The translations under genes and the position numbers were made by a program. The notes under the pieces were generated by a model. It was not told the origin of the DNA, ran no database searches, and saw only the letters and a program-made list of their open reading frames with translations. From IMG/VR virus record IMGVR_UViG_3300043409_001462, positions 96,001 to 160,000 of that record: 64,000 nucleotides of DNA. One strand, 5' to 3'. The DNA comes from a virus. Of the stretch, positions 16,281 to 25,348 are shown piece after piece (within the stretch, counting starts at the first letter, position 1; each line of letters opens with the position of its first letter).

Positions 16281-17711
16281 ATGAATACCTTTGTAAATGC
16301 CGTTGTTAATCAGGAAGCTCGTACCGAAAATGGTATGAAGGCTCGCCAGTCTACTGCTAATGCATTGACTGATCTGTTCTTCAAGATCGGTGCTATGCGT
16401 GGTCAGAATGTAATTCCTGCTTGGACTGCTGCTCGTGCTCATGATACTTTGCTTGCATCTCGTATCGCTCTTTGGGCACGTGATGTTCGTGGTGGTGCTG
16501 GTGAACGTAAAATCTTCCGTGACATTTTAGTTGATCTTGCTTCAGCTGATCCTCATCGTGGTGTGGCTCTTGGTCGTAAGATTCCAGAGCTTGGTCGTTG
16601 GGATGACTTCCTTGTGTTCGTTGGTACCCCTCTTGAGGAGTATGCGTTCGAAACTATCCGCGAAGCTCTCGAAGCTGGTAATGGTCTCTGTGCAAAGTGG
16701 ATGCCTCGTCAAGGTGAAACAGCTGTAAAGCTTCGTAAGTACCTTGGTTGGACTCCTAAGTTCTACCGAAAGCGTCTGGTTGAATTGACCAAGGTTGTCG
16801 AAACTCAGATGTGCGCTAAGGACTGGGATAACATCAACTTCAACCATGTTCCTTCGGTTGCTTCTTCTCGTTACAAGAAGGCATTCGCTCGTCATACTGA
16901 CAAGTACAAGGAATGGACTGCGGCTCTTGTTTCTACTGATCCAGAGGTGGCTAAGTCTGTTAAGGTCAATGCTGGTGCGGTTTATCCTTACGATGTGTTG
17001 AAGGGTGTGATTAATCATTATGGGCGTTATGATCAATCTAACTTGAATCATATCCTTGCTCAGTGGGAAGCTTTGCCTAACTTCGTTGGTAATGCTAACA
17101 TTCTTCCGCTTGTTGACGTTTCTGGTTCAATGACTTCGAAGGCTGGTGGTTATCAGTCAAAGTCAGAAGTAACCTGCCTTGATGTTGCAGTTTCTCTTGG
17201 TCTGTATCTCGCAGACAAAAACAAGGGTAAGTTCAAGGATACTTTCTTGACCTTCTCTAGCGATCCTCAGCTGCTTCATCTTCGCGGTAACATCCTCGAT
17301 AAGGTAAAGCAGATGGTATCTTCAAAGTGGGAAATGAACACCAATTTGCATCGTGCGTTGGATAAGATCCTTCGCACCGCGATTGAAGGTAACGTTCCTC
17401 AGTCAGAAATGCCAGGTGCATTGTTGATCCTTTCTGATATGCAGTTTGATTCTTGCACTCGTCACGATGACTCTGCTATGGAAATGATTAAGCGTAAGTA
17501 TGTTGATGCTGGTTACAATGTACCTAACATTGTGTTCTGGAATCTCAATGCTCACGACAATGTTCCTGTCAAGTATGACACTCGTGGTGCTGCTCTTGTT
17601 TCTGGTTTCTCACCTTCTATCGTTAAGGCTGTTCTGCAGGCTGAGATGGATAACTTTACGCCAGAAGCTATCATGATGCAAACCATTATGAACCCACGAT
17701 ATGACTACTAA
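16281..17711 (+). CDS. DUF2828-family helical + vWA protein (Ro60/TROVE-like RNA-binding protein)
   Basis: RTENG, RDVRGGAGER, GRWDD, AKWMPR, VPSVAS, MIDAS DVSGSM, NTNL, ILSDMQFD, FWNL, VSGFSP. Confidence 0.85.
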   Translation: MNTFVNAVVNQEARTENGMKARQSTANALTDLFFKIGAMRGQNVIPAWTAARAHDTLLASRIALWARDVRGGAGERKIFRDILVDLASADPHRGVALGRKIPELGRWDDFLVFVGTPLEEYAFETIREALEAGNGLCAKWMPRQGETAVKLRKYLGWTPKFYRKRLVELTKVVETQMCAKDWDNINFNHVPSVASSRYKKAFARHTDKYKEWTAALVSTDPEVAKSVKVNAGAVYPYDVLKGVINHYGRYDQSNLNHILAQWEALPNFVGNANILPLVDVSGSMTSKAGGYQSKSEVTCLDVAVSLGLYLADKNKGKFKDTFLTFSSDPQLLHLRGNILDKVKQMVSSKWEMNTNLHRALDKILRTAIEGNVPQSEMPGALLILSDMQFDSCTRHDDSAMEMIKRKYVDAGYNVPNIVFWNLNAHDNVPVKYDTRGAALVSGFSPSIVKAVLQAEMDNFTPEAIMMQTIMNPRYDY

Positions 17712-17780
17712 GGAAAAGCTTATAGTATTCCTTATGCTAATGTGGATGCCCATTGTTGTGATGGGCATCCTATTCTTCAC

Positions 17781-17856
17781 GCTGCAATAGCTCAGTTGGT
17801 AGAGCACTTGATTAGTAATCAAGATGTCGCGAGTTCGATCCTTGCTTGCAGCACCA
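17781..17856 (+). tRNA. tRNA-Thr(AGT)
   Basis: Perfect stem CTTGA/TCAAG, loop TTAGTAA; CCA. Confidence 0.88.
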
Positions 17857-17933
17857 GCCCATATAGTCCAATTGGAAGAGGCGTCGGCTTCAAACTCCGA
17901 ATGTTGTAGGTTCGAGTCCTACTATGGGCACCA
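17857..17933 (+). tRNA. tRNA-Leu(CAA), short variable loop
   Basis: Loop TTCAAAC; CCA. Confidence 0.85.
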
Positions 17934-17934
17934 T

Positions 17935-18008
17935 GCTACCTTAGTGTAATGGCAGCACCCGAGTTTGTGGAGCTTGGAGCACAGGATCGATACCTGTAGG
18001 TAGTACCA
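17935..18008 (+). tRNA. tRNA-His(GTG) lacking G-1, with A73
   Basis: Loop TTGTGGA; ends ACCA; base before position 1 is T. Confidence 0.85.
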
Positions 18009-18015
18009 TATTAAT

Positions 18016-18090
18016 GCCGATGTAGCTCAGTGGTAGAGCATTCGCTTCATACGCGACTGGTCACTGGTTCAAATCCAGTTTTCGGCACCA
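18016..18090 (+). tRNA. tRNA-Met/Ile2(CAT)
   Basis: Loop TTCATAC; paired G1-C72; CCA. Confidence 0.85.
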
Positions 18091-18144
18091 ATCCCCGCCA
18101 TCCCGATACGTCGGTTGGCACCTCCAGCTTCAGGGCTGGAGAAT

Positions 18145-18220
18145 GCTCCTCTGGTATAGCTGGTGCGTACGCTCGTCTGAAGAACGAGAGGATGCGGTTC
18201 GATTCCGTGGGGGAGCACCA
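18145..18220 (+). tRNA. tRNA-Phe(GAA)
   Basis: Loop CTGAAGA; CCA. Confidence 0.88.
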
Positions 18221-18222
18221 AA

Positions 18223-18230
18223 TATAAATA
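18223..18230 (+). promoter_or_regulatory. T4-type late promoter
   Basis: TATAAATA; also at 19080, 38921, 39071, 42526, 52591 and on the minus strand at 30850 and 58674. Confidence 0.7.
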
Positions 18231-18355
18231 TCTCAAAATGGAGATATTATGTACAAAATATACACGCTAGTGATTGATAACATTACCAAATTAGTTTGGT
18301 TAGCATTAATGACCTATTGGTTATCCGATGGTGTCAAGATAACGTCGCTATTCAA

Positions 18356-19003
18356 ATGAAGAAATTAGCTCTCTTCAATCATCACCCTGAATGTTCTAAT
18401 CAGTGTTGTATGGGTATGATGAGAGCTTTAGAACCACATTATAAAGTCAAGTGGTTTGATGTTCGTTCCAATCTAGACGAGGTGCTTGATAATGTGGATG
18501 GGTTACTTTTTCCTGGTGGCATTGGCGATAGTGATTCCTATTTCGATTTCTTTACACGTTCTAAAGCTAACAAAATCGCATCGTTTATTGCTAGAGGCGG
18601 TCGGTATATCGGCATTTGTATGGGTGCTTATTGGGCTGGGTCTAGATATTTTGACATTCTTGACAATGTAGATGCGGTTCAGTATATTAAAAGACCAACA
18701 GCTGAGATACGCCGAAGCTATGGCACGGTTGCTGATATCGAATGGCTTGGTCAAAAAGAAAAGATGTTCTTCTATGATGGCTGTACCTTTGTTGGACCAG
18801 GTCGCTATGATACTATTGCCAAGTATGCCAACGATGAACCAATGGCGATCATTCAAGGCAACATAGGTATTATTGGTTGCCACCCTGAGAGCGAAGAGTT
18901 TTGGTTCGAAGATCCTTATCAATATATCAACAAACACTGGCATAAAGGTAAGCATCATCAGTTACTACTAGAATTCGTAAATAAGTTATGGAGAGTTGGC
19001 TGA
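18356..19003 (+). CDS. BPL_N / class I glutamine amidotransferase-like protein
   Basis: LFPGGIG, GGRYIGICMGAYWA nucleophile elbow, GCHPE. Confidence 0.8.
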   Translation: MKKLALFNHHPECSNQCCMGMMRALEPHYKVKWFDVRSNLDEVLDNVDGLLFPGGIGDSDSYFDFFTRSKANKIASFIARGGRYIGICMGAYWAGSRYFDILDNVDAVQYIKRPTAEIRRSYGTVADIEWLGQKEKMFFYDGCTFVGPGRYDTIAKYANDEPMAIIQGNIGIIGCHPESEEFWFEDPYQYINKHWHKGKHHQLLLEFVNKLWRVG

Positions 19004-19079
19004 GTGGCCTAAAGCACTCGTTTGCTAAATGAGCGAAGGTGAAAATCTTCCGTGAGTTCGAATCTCACACTCTCCGCCA
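18990..19079 (+). tRNA. tRNA-Ser(GCT)
   Basis: Loop TTGCTAA; long variable arm; overlaps the upstream CDS end. Confidence 0.9.
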
Positions 19080-19093
19080 TATAAATAAAAAGT

Positions 19094-19167
19094 ATCAGTG
19101 AAGTGTTACGGTAGCACATCGGTCTCCAAAACTGAGGGCGAGGGTTCGACTCCTTCCACTGGTGCCA
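19094..19167 (+). tRNA. tRNA-Trp(CCA)
   Basis: Loop CTCCAAA; GCCA. Confidence 0.88.
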
Positions 19168-19221
19168 TTTCATACAATGCTTTTGATGAAGATTTTGTCA
19201 TATTCATCAAAGGAGTAATAT

Positions 19222-20952
19222 ATGAAAAAAATATTAGCGTTTATTGCTGCACTTTTCTGCGTAACTTCAGTATATGCACAAACTTTACCATCAGGTTCAA
19301 TTGGTACAGTAACAAACAATACACCTAACACCTGGCAAACATTCACATACACATTCACACCATCAACAACTGGTGCTAACTTTCTCGGCTTTGCATTTCG
19401 TCAGGATCCAGCTTTCTGGACTTTCGATAATGTAAAGCTTACAGCTGCTGGTTCAACAACTAATCTTTTGACTAATGGTGCGTTTGACAATGGTGGTTCA
19501 TTTAGTGTAACAACCAGCAATGGTCCATCATCCATTCAAGCCCCAACTAACTGGGGTGTTTGGTATCAGAATGGAACATATCCAGCCGCTGCTGGTCAGT
19601 GGCAAAGCTCAGGTGTTTGGTACGATGGTGCTGTTGGTACATTCGATGGTATCTATCAGGGCATAGTCCTACAAGCAGGAACAACTTATACCATAGCCTT
19701 TGATGTCAGTGGAAACAATACTGCTAACACTAGCTCTATTCAGCTTGGTGCATATGGTGGCGCTTGTGCTGATGTATCGGTTTCACCCGATCAATGTACT
19801 ATTCCATCGTCTGTTGGCTTCACGACATTAGCAACTCCAGCTCAAGGCGCTTCTGCTGGTGGACCACCAACTCCTCCACCTGTTACTCTTGTCAGCACTA
19901 CAAACGCTCCATCAACTTCTGTTGCAACAACGGTAAATGGTACAGCTGTAACAGTTAACAATGTAGCTACTGGTGGTACAAATAATGGTAGATGGATTGC
20001 TGTAACAAGAACAACAACACCTGTTACTACAAGACCATTTACTGTCACAACTGTGACAACTCCACACGCTACTGAAACTTATAGCGATGGAACAACTGTT
20101 ACAACAAATGGTACTGCTGTAACAACTACTCAAACTGGTGCTACTGTTACTGTAGGTCAATCAACAGCTCAAACTGCTTCTGCTTCTGCTATTGCTCTCA
20201 AAGATGCAATGGCTATTAGTAGATTCAATCCATTTATTGTAGATGCTCTTGCAACCAAAGATGGTGCATGGGCAACTCCTTCTATGGGATATGCTAAGAC
20301 TGGTGGTTCATTTAGAACAAGTGGTCTTGGACTTGGCGCTCAGACAACTGTAGAAGAGAATACTTTTGGTATCGCTGGTACATTTGGTAAAACAAACAGT
20401 AGTGGTTATCTAAACTCTCAATCTCAAGCTGATACATATGGTGCAACTGCATATGTTTTAAGCAGACAGAGTGATATTTGGGTAAAAGGATCTGTTGGGT
20501 TCAATGTGTCAGAATATAACACAACAACATCACTTCCAGTGTTTGCTCTTATCAATCAGAGCAATGTAAGAGCTAAGAATTATTATGCTGATGTGACATT
20601 CTACTCTGCGCAGGAGTATTTTGGCTTCAGACCGTTGGTTGGCGTTGTTGTAACTAACTCAACAATATCATCAAAGGCTCAATCAGGTTCGCCTCTGCTT
20701 TCAACATTACCGACTGATGATAGAGTTATCGAAGCTCGACCATATGCTGGTATCAGATTTGATATTGACCAGACATTTGGAATTGAAACAAGAGTAACAC
20801 AATCAAAAGACTTCAAGACAGTTGGACAGGCTCGTTTGACTGCTAATCATGAAGTGTTCAAGGATGTGTTCTTCAACGTTCAAGCTGGGTTTGAAAAAGG
20901 TTCTGGTTACACAGCAGCTGTAGGTATGATTGGTTTGAAAATCAACTTCTAA
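19222..20952 (+). CDS. Autotransporter-like outer-membrane protein
   Basis: Sec signal peptide, beta-sandwich-like passenger, Pro/Thr-rich linker, amphipathic beta-strands ending GLKINF. Confidence 0.7.
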   Translation: MKKILAFIAALFCVTSVYAQTLPSGSIGTVTNNTPNTWQTFTYTFTPSTTGANFLGFAFRQDPAFWTFDNVKLTAAGSTTNLLTNGAFDNGGSFSVTTSNGPSSIQAPTNWGVWYQNGTYPAAAGQWQSSGVWYDGAVGTFDGIYQGIVLQAGTTYTIAFDVSGNNTANTSSIQLGAYGGACADVSVSPDQCTIPSSVGFTTLATPAQGASAGGPPTPPPVTLVSTTNAPSTSVATTVNGTAVTVNNVATGGTNNGRWIAVTRTTTPVTTRPFTVTTVTTPHATETYSDGTTVTTNGTAVTTTQTGATVTVGQSTAQTASASAIALKDAMAISRFNPFIVDALATKDGAWATPSMGYAKTGGSFRTSGLGLGAQTTVEENTFGIAGTFGKTNSSGYLNSQSQADTYGATAYVLSRQSDIWVKGSVGFNVSEYNTTTSLPVFALINQSNVRAKNYYADVTFYSAQEYFGFRPLVGVVVTNSTISSKAQSGSPLLSTLPTDDRVIEARPYAGIRFDIDQTFGIETRVTQSKDFKTVGQARLTANHEVFKDVFFNVQAGFEKGSGYTAAVGMIGLKINF

Positions 20953-20955
20953 TTC

Positions 20956-20980
20956 GGGGGAGCTTCGGCTCCCTTTTTTT
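20956..20980 (+). terminator. Rho-independent terminator
   Basis: GGGAGC-TTCG-GCTCCC + T-run. Confidence 0.85.
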
Positions 20981-21022
20981 ATTATCTAAATATCAAATAT
21001 GTGAATCGATTCGGAGTTTGAT

Positions 21023-22192
21023 ATGATCTATGGTTATCATCCTACATACTATAAACATTTTTTGAGAATTGCTTCTAAATATCCTAACGATAGCAGAGCG
21101 AAACAAATCTTAAACTTTAACTTCCACAGCAGAAAGGAAAATCCTCTCTGGTGGATTAGTCGTTTTATGCACAATCAAGTTCCAGTTGACAGAACTGATA
21201 CATTTAATATTCTTAAGGTTGACACTTGGTCGATACCAGATGTAGATACATCATTCAAAAAAACATTCGATCAAATATGCTACGGAACAGCTACAGAATA
21301 CTGGAACAATAATGACGACGTAAGCGTTCTTTGGTCTGGTGGATTAGATAGCACATGTGTCGCTATTGCATTCATAGAAACAAAACCAGCTGGTAAAAAA
21401 CTAACATTGGTAGGCACGCAAGAAAGCGTTGACGAGTATCCCTCTTTCTATGAACAGCATAAAGCTTTAATGAAGATTGATACTACTGAAGAATTTTGGG
21501 GAAGGTTTAAATATCATCAAAATGAAACTCTGTATGTTTCTGGTGATATTGGGGACCAAATATTCGGCGGTGTTATAGATGAATATGCTGATCATAAAGA
21601 CGAACCTTGGGAGAGCTTTATCGAGTGGAAAGATGTGTTCGAACAAAGTGCTTTCAATGCAGATAATTTAATCCGAGATTGGTATAAGGATGAAAAAAGT
21701 TTATTCATCAAAAGATTTACTGAGTTCAATAAAAAAGCACCATTCCCAATCGTTACTATTTTAGATTTTGTCTGGTGGTTAACATTTACAACTAGATTTA
21801 ATGGTGCTGCAAACAACATAACAAATCTTGTCAATGCAGTTTATAAATTAGAAAAAGCTGCTATAGGAACAGTTAACTGTTTCTTTCACAACTACGAATT
21901 TGAACAATGGTCGATGCTTAATCATCATTTGAAATTTCCTGGCGGACCAGAAACATACAAACAACCTATCAAAGATTTTATTGCGAAGTACAATGGTGAT
22001 ATGGATTTTCTTCTCAATAAAAGAAAAGAAAAATCTACACCTCGCCTTTTAGGAAGCGATGATTGGTTTAAACAATGGCGCTTGAACGATTACTCAAATT
22101 ATTATTTGATTATGTCAGATGGAACCATATATAATACTAAGAATGACATTCCTTTCGAACTGATGGTAAAGTCTTTAACATTTATAAAGTGA
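21023..22192 (+). CDS. PP-loop adenine nucleotide alpha-hydrolase (asparagine synthase-like)
   Basis: WSGGLDST, SGDIGDQIFG, DFVWW. Confidence 0.7.
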   Translation: MIYGYHPTYYKHFLRIASKYPNDSRAKQILNFNFHSRKENPLWWISRFMHNQVPVDRTDTFNILKVDTWSIPDVDTSFKKTFDQICYGTATEYWNNNDDVSVLWSGGLDSTCVAIAFIETKPAGKKLTLVGTQESVDEYPSFYEQHKALMKIDTTEEFWGRFKYHQNETLYVSGDIGDQIFGGVIDEYADHKDEPWESFIEWKDVFEQSAFNADNLIRDWYKDEKSLFIKRFTEFNKKAPFPIVTILDFVWWLTFTTRFNGAANNITNLVNAVYKLEKAAIGTVNCFFHNYEFEQWSMLNHHLKFPGGPETYKQPIKDFIAKYNGDMDFLLNKRKEKSTPRLLGSDDWFKQWRLNDYSNYYLIMSDGTIYNTKNDIPFELMVKSLTFIK

Positions 22193-22198
22193 GATGAT

Positions 22199-22951
22199 AT
22201 GGAAAGAATTATTGGAAGTGTTTTAGATGGTCACTATTATAATGATGATGGGTCTCGGAAGAAGATAGGAATATACTGTCAGCAAATAGATAGGTGGATT
22301 CTTATTGATGAATATGACATGTGGATTACATTTAAAACTGCACAAGCTTTATCATCAAAATTAGCAACTACTGTTTATATTCTTTCTGGTGATTTGCAGG
22401 GTATGAACAACGAGAACTGTATTGAATATAGCATCCTAAACAAAACGATATTCAAACGCAAAAACGTTGCTGATCTGATTCAAAATCAAACTCCTACTAT
22501 GAAAAAGGTAGTCGACGATAATATTGTTAAGGTTGGATTGCCTGAAGATTTTTTGTCAATTGTTGGGCGCAAGAAGTTAGAAAAAATGAAAAAATATGTA
22601 AATTTTGTTAACAAGTGTATCTACGGTGTAGAAATATGTAATTCTAAAAATTGGATTGATAATAAAACTGTAGCCATAGTATATCATCCGAAAGAATGGA
22701 GCGATGTGATAACACCATATGAACACAAATCAGAATCAGATAAAAGTGTGTTCAGCGAAATCAATGGCGTTCTGTATTTTTCCAACTCAGTTAAAGAAGC
22801 TAAAGCTGAGATAAAGAATTTGTTTCAATTTTATCTAGATGAATGTTTGGTATCGACCAATCTTGTAAACGTTTTTTATAATGTCATCAAAGAAAAAAAT
22901 CCATTCTCAGAGTATGTCTATAAAACTTCTAACTTTTACAAAACTACTTGA
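22199..22951 (+). CDS. Hypothetical protein
   Basis: 250-aa ORF between two PP-loop paralogues. Confidence 0.65.
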   Translation: MERIIGSVLDGHYYNDDGSRKKIGIYCQQIDRWILIDEYDMWITFKTAQALSSKLATTVYILSGDLQGMNNENCIEYSILNKTIFKRKNVADLIQNQTPTMKKVVDDNIVKVGLPEDFLSIVGRKKLEKMKKYVNFVNKCIYGVEICNSKNWIDNKTVAIVYHPKEWSDVITPYEHKSESDKSVFSEINGVLYFSNSVKEAKAEIKNLFQFYLDECLVSTNLVNVFYNVIKEKNPFSEYVYKTSNFYKTT

Positions 22952-22965
22952 ACGAGTAAATCATC

Positions 22966-24273
22966 ATGATAACTTCAGACGAAACACTTTATTTTTTTAA
23001 CATAAGAGACCAGCAAAAGTTTTGGAAAGAAATTTATCCATCGGCTCCACCAGCAAGTAAATTTTATATTGACATCACAAAAAGAATAAACCCACATAGA
23101 CTTTGTAATAGAAACGAAGGCGAGTGGAGTTTACCTTGGAAGCAACACGCTCCTGATAAATTTAAAATGCTTCCATACAATCCAAATTTTAATAAAACGT
23201 ATGAAGAAGTAACTGATGAAAGAGCTATGGATATCAAACGAGGTATCCATGCTGGTAAAAAATATGCAGTGATGTATTCTGGTGGTATGGATTCTACCAG
23301 TGTTGTTGTCGCACTATTAAAGAACTTGACCAAGGAAGAATTAAAATGCGTTACGATATGCGCATCGATTCATAGTCTTGTAGAATATCCCCTTTTCTGG
23401 CGCAAATATATTCAAGATAAATTTGAAGTTTTAGATTCCAACAAATATTTGTACGACGATTATATTGGTATGGGTTATACTCCTATCACAGCTGATGAGG
23501 GTGATTGTATCTTTGGTACTTCTATCGGATTGCAACTTTATCATAATTACGATTATCTTGTTGGGTTGCAGGATCCTGCGGTGCAGGGTAATTTAATGAA
23601 ATTGAAATATCGAATATCAGATGGTGATGTTCATTATAGTCTTTTTAAAGATGTTATCGCTAGATATTTTGCATATGACGATACGCCTTCTGGATTAGAA
23701 TTCGGCAGGTTACTTTATGCGAAGTATCATCGTAATATTATTACGTCTTCCGTGCCAATTTATTCTCTACACGATTTCTTTTGGTGGCTTATCTTCAACG
23801 TAAAATATTTGAATTGTTCAATCCGTGGCGCTATTTTCTTCAACGCTACAATGCCTTTCGATAAGTGCGTTGACTCTATTGAAAACTGGTTTAATGGACC
23901 TGGATTTCAGTACTGGAGTATGAATAACAATAACAATGGATTGAAAATTAAAAAGACTCTAGCTTCATATAAACATATTCAAAGGAAATATATCTACGAT
24001 TTCACCAAAGATGATTGGTATTTTTGGTACAAAACCAAGCTAGAATCTATGGGTAATTTGTCTGTCAAGGGTAAAAATGATATGTCTAAATCATTTACCA
24101 ATAGCGTTATTGGAATTAATGATAAGAATGAGTATCTTTGTATCCCTGACCCTGATGATTTAGATTCAGTTGTCAATAGCAAATATCAAGGTGTGTATCA
24201 TTATGGTCCAGATGTGAGAAATTTTTTCGAAGAATCATTAATGAAATTCGAAATAGACTGGATGGATGACTAA
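22966..24273 (+). CDS. PP-loop adenine nucleotide alpha-hydrolase (paralogue)
   Basis: YSGGMDST, TADEGDCIFG, HDFFWW, YKTKLES. Confidence 0.7.
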   Translation: MITSDETLYFFNIRDQQKFWKEIYPSAPPASKFYIDITKRINPHRLCNRNEGEWSLPWKQHAPDKFKMLPYNPNFNKTYEEVTDERAMDIKRGIHAGKKYAVMYSGGMDSTSVVVALLKNLTKEELKCVTICASIHSLVEYPLFWRKYIQDKFEVLDSNKYLYDDYIGMGYTPITADEGDCIFGTSIGLQLYHNYDYLVGLQDPAVQGNLMKLKYRISDGDVHYSLFKDVIARYFAYDDTPSGLEFGRLLYAKYHRNIITSSVPIYSLHDFFWWLIFNVKYLNCSIRGAIFFNATMPFDKCVDSIENWFNGPGFQYWSMNNNNNGLKIKKTLASYKHIQRKYIYDFTKDDWYFWYKTKLESMGNLSVKGKNDMSKSFTNSVIGINDKNEYLCIPDPDDLDSVVNSKYQGVYHYGPDVRNFFEESLMKFEIDWMDD

Positions 24274-24333
24274 ATAGAGTTGCAGGGGTCATGACCTGTA
24301 TCATTTAACGTTAAATCAACATGGAGTTTTTTA

Positions 24334-25278
24334 ATGACAACTAATATTCGCTGGGTTATCGCCCATGAACCAGTAGATCTTTTCCTTAAGGTTGCTGATT
24401 CTTTTTCTAAGGAAGTAAACGAACAGACTAACGGTAAGTTCAATATCGAAGTTCTTTCGCTTACTGATTATTCTAAGAAGTATAATGGTGGCAAGAAGGT
24501 ATCTAAGAACGATCTTATGAACCTTATTGATACTGGCGCTATCGAAATGAGCCATATCTACACTACTTGGCTTGCAGACTACAACAAGGACCTTCATGCC
24601 CTTGATCTTCCATTCCTATTCAAGGATCATGATCACGCTGACCGTGTTCTTGAAGGCGATCTTGGCAAGTCATTGCTTGCTGACGTTTCTAAGACTTCCA
24701 ACATCAAGGCAATGAGCTTCACTTACTCTGGCGGTTATCGTATCGTTCCTGCGAACTTCGCAGCTGATACTGTATCTGCATGGGAAGGTAAGGTAGTTCG
24801 TACTAGCCGTTCTCCAGTTGCTGTTGATACATTCAAGCTTCTTGGTGCAACTCCTCGTGCAGACATTGAACTTGAAGAAATGAACTCTGCTGCTGACGCT
24901 GGCGTTATCGCTGCTGGCGAATCAACATATGTTCGTGTGTTCCCACTCGAGCAGAATAAGAGCTTCGAAGTTGTTAACGATACAGCTCATAGCTTGTTCC
25001 TAACTTCAATCATCGTGAACCAGGATTTCTTCAAGCAGTTCGATGCTGAAACACAGGAAATCTTTGCTAACGCTGCATTCAACGCTGCTCGTAAGGAGCG
25101 TCGTGAGTCTGTTGCTGATATTCCAAACATCCTTGCTCAGTGCGAAGCTACTGGCGTTAAGGTTGTTAAGATGTCTGAAACTGAAGCAGGCAAGTTCAAG
25201 GCAATCACATCTAAGGTTTATGAGATGTACGCTGACTACTTCACTCCAGGTCTTGTGCGCAAGCTCCAGGTTGCTTAA
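24334..25278 (+). CDS. dctP: TRAP-type substrate-binding protein DctP-like, no signal peptide
   Basis: TNGKFNIEV, LDLPFLFKD, GYR, FKLLGATP, H..FLTSIIVNQDFF. Confidence 0.8.
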   Translation: MTTNIRWVIAHEPVDLFLKVADSFSKEVNEQTNGKFNIEVLSLTDYSKKYNGGKKVSKNDLMNLIDTGAIEMSHIYTTWLADYNKDLHALDLPFLFKDHDHADRVLEGDLGKSLLADVSKTSNIKAMSFTYSGGYRIVPANFAADTVSAWEGKVVRTSRSPVAVDTFKLLGATPRADIELEEMNSAADAGVIAAGESTYVRVFPLEQNKSFEVVNDTAHSLFLTSIIVNQDFFKQFDAETQEIFANAAFNAARKERRESVADIPNILAQCEATGVKVVKMSETEAGKFKAITSKVYEMYADYFTPGLVRKLQVA

Positions 25279-25299
25279 TAGCTACTAATAAATAATACA

Positions 25300-25327
25300 G
25301 GGGTGGGGGAAACTCCACCCTTTTTTA
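25300..25327 (+). terminator. Rho-independent terminator
   Basis: GGGTGGGG-GAAA-CTCCACCC + T7. Confidence 0.85.
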
Positions 25328-25348
25328 TGATAACTGATGGAGACTTAT

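Noticed and set aside
17744-17770. Terminator after the DUF2828 gene
   Set aside because: Strong hairpin GGATGCCCAT/ATGGGCATCC but no U-tract; more likely a stability or processing stem
18091-18143. tRNA-associated HDV-like (theta) ribozyme after tRNA-Met
   Set aside because: Only two simple hairpins; I could not build the nested double pseudoknot
19860-20190. DNA tandem repeat
   Set aside because: Low complexity reflects a Thr/Pro-rich protein linker, not a nucleotide repeat
21023-24273. QueC / 7-deazaguanine DNA modification pathway
   Set aside because: The SGGxDS proteins are much longer than QueC, lack its Cys-rich zinc motif, and no folE/queD/queE/dpdA is seen in the window
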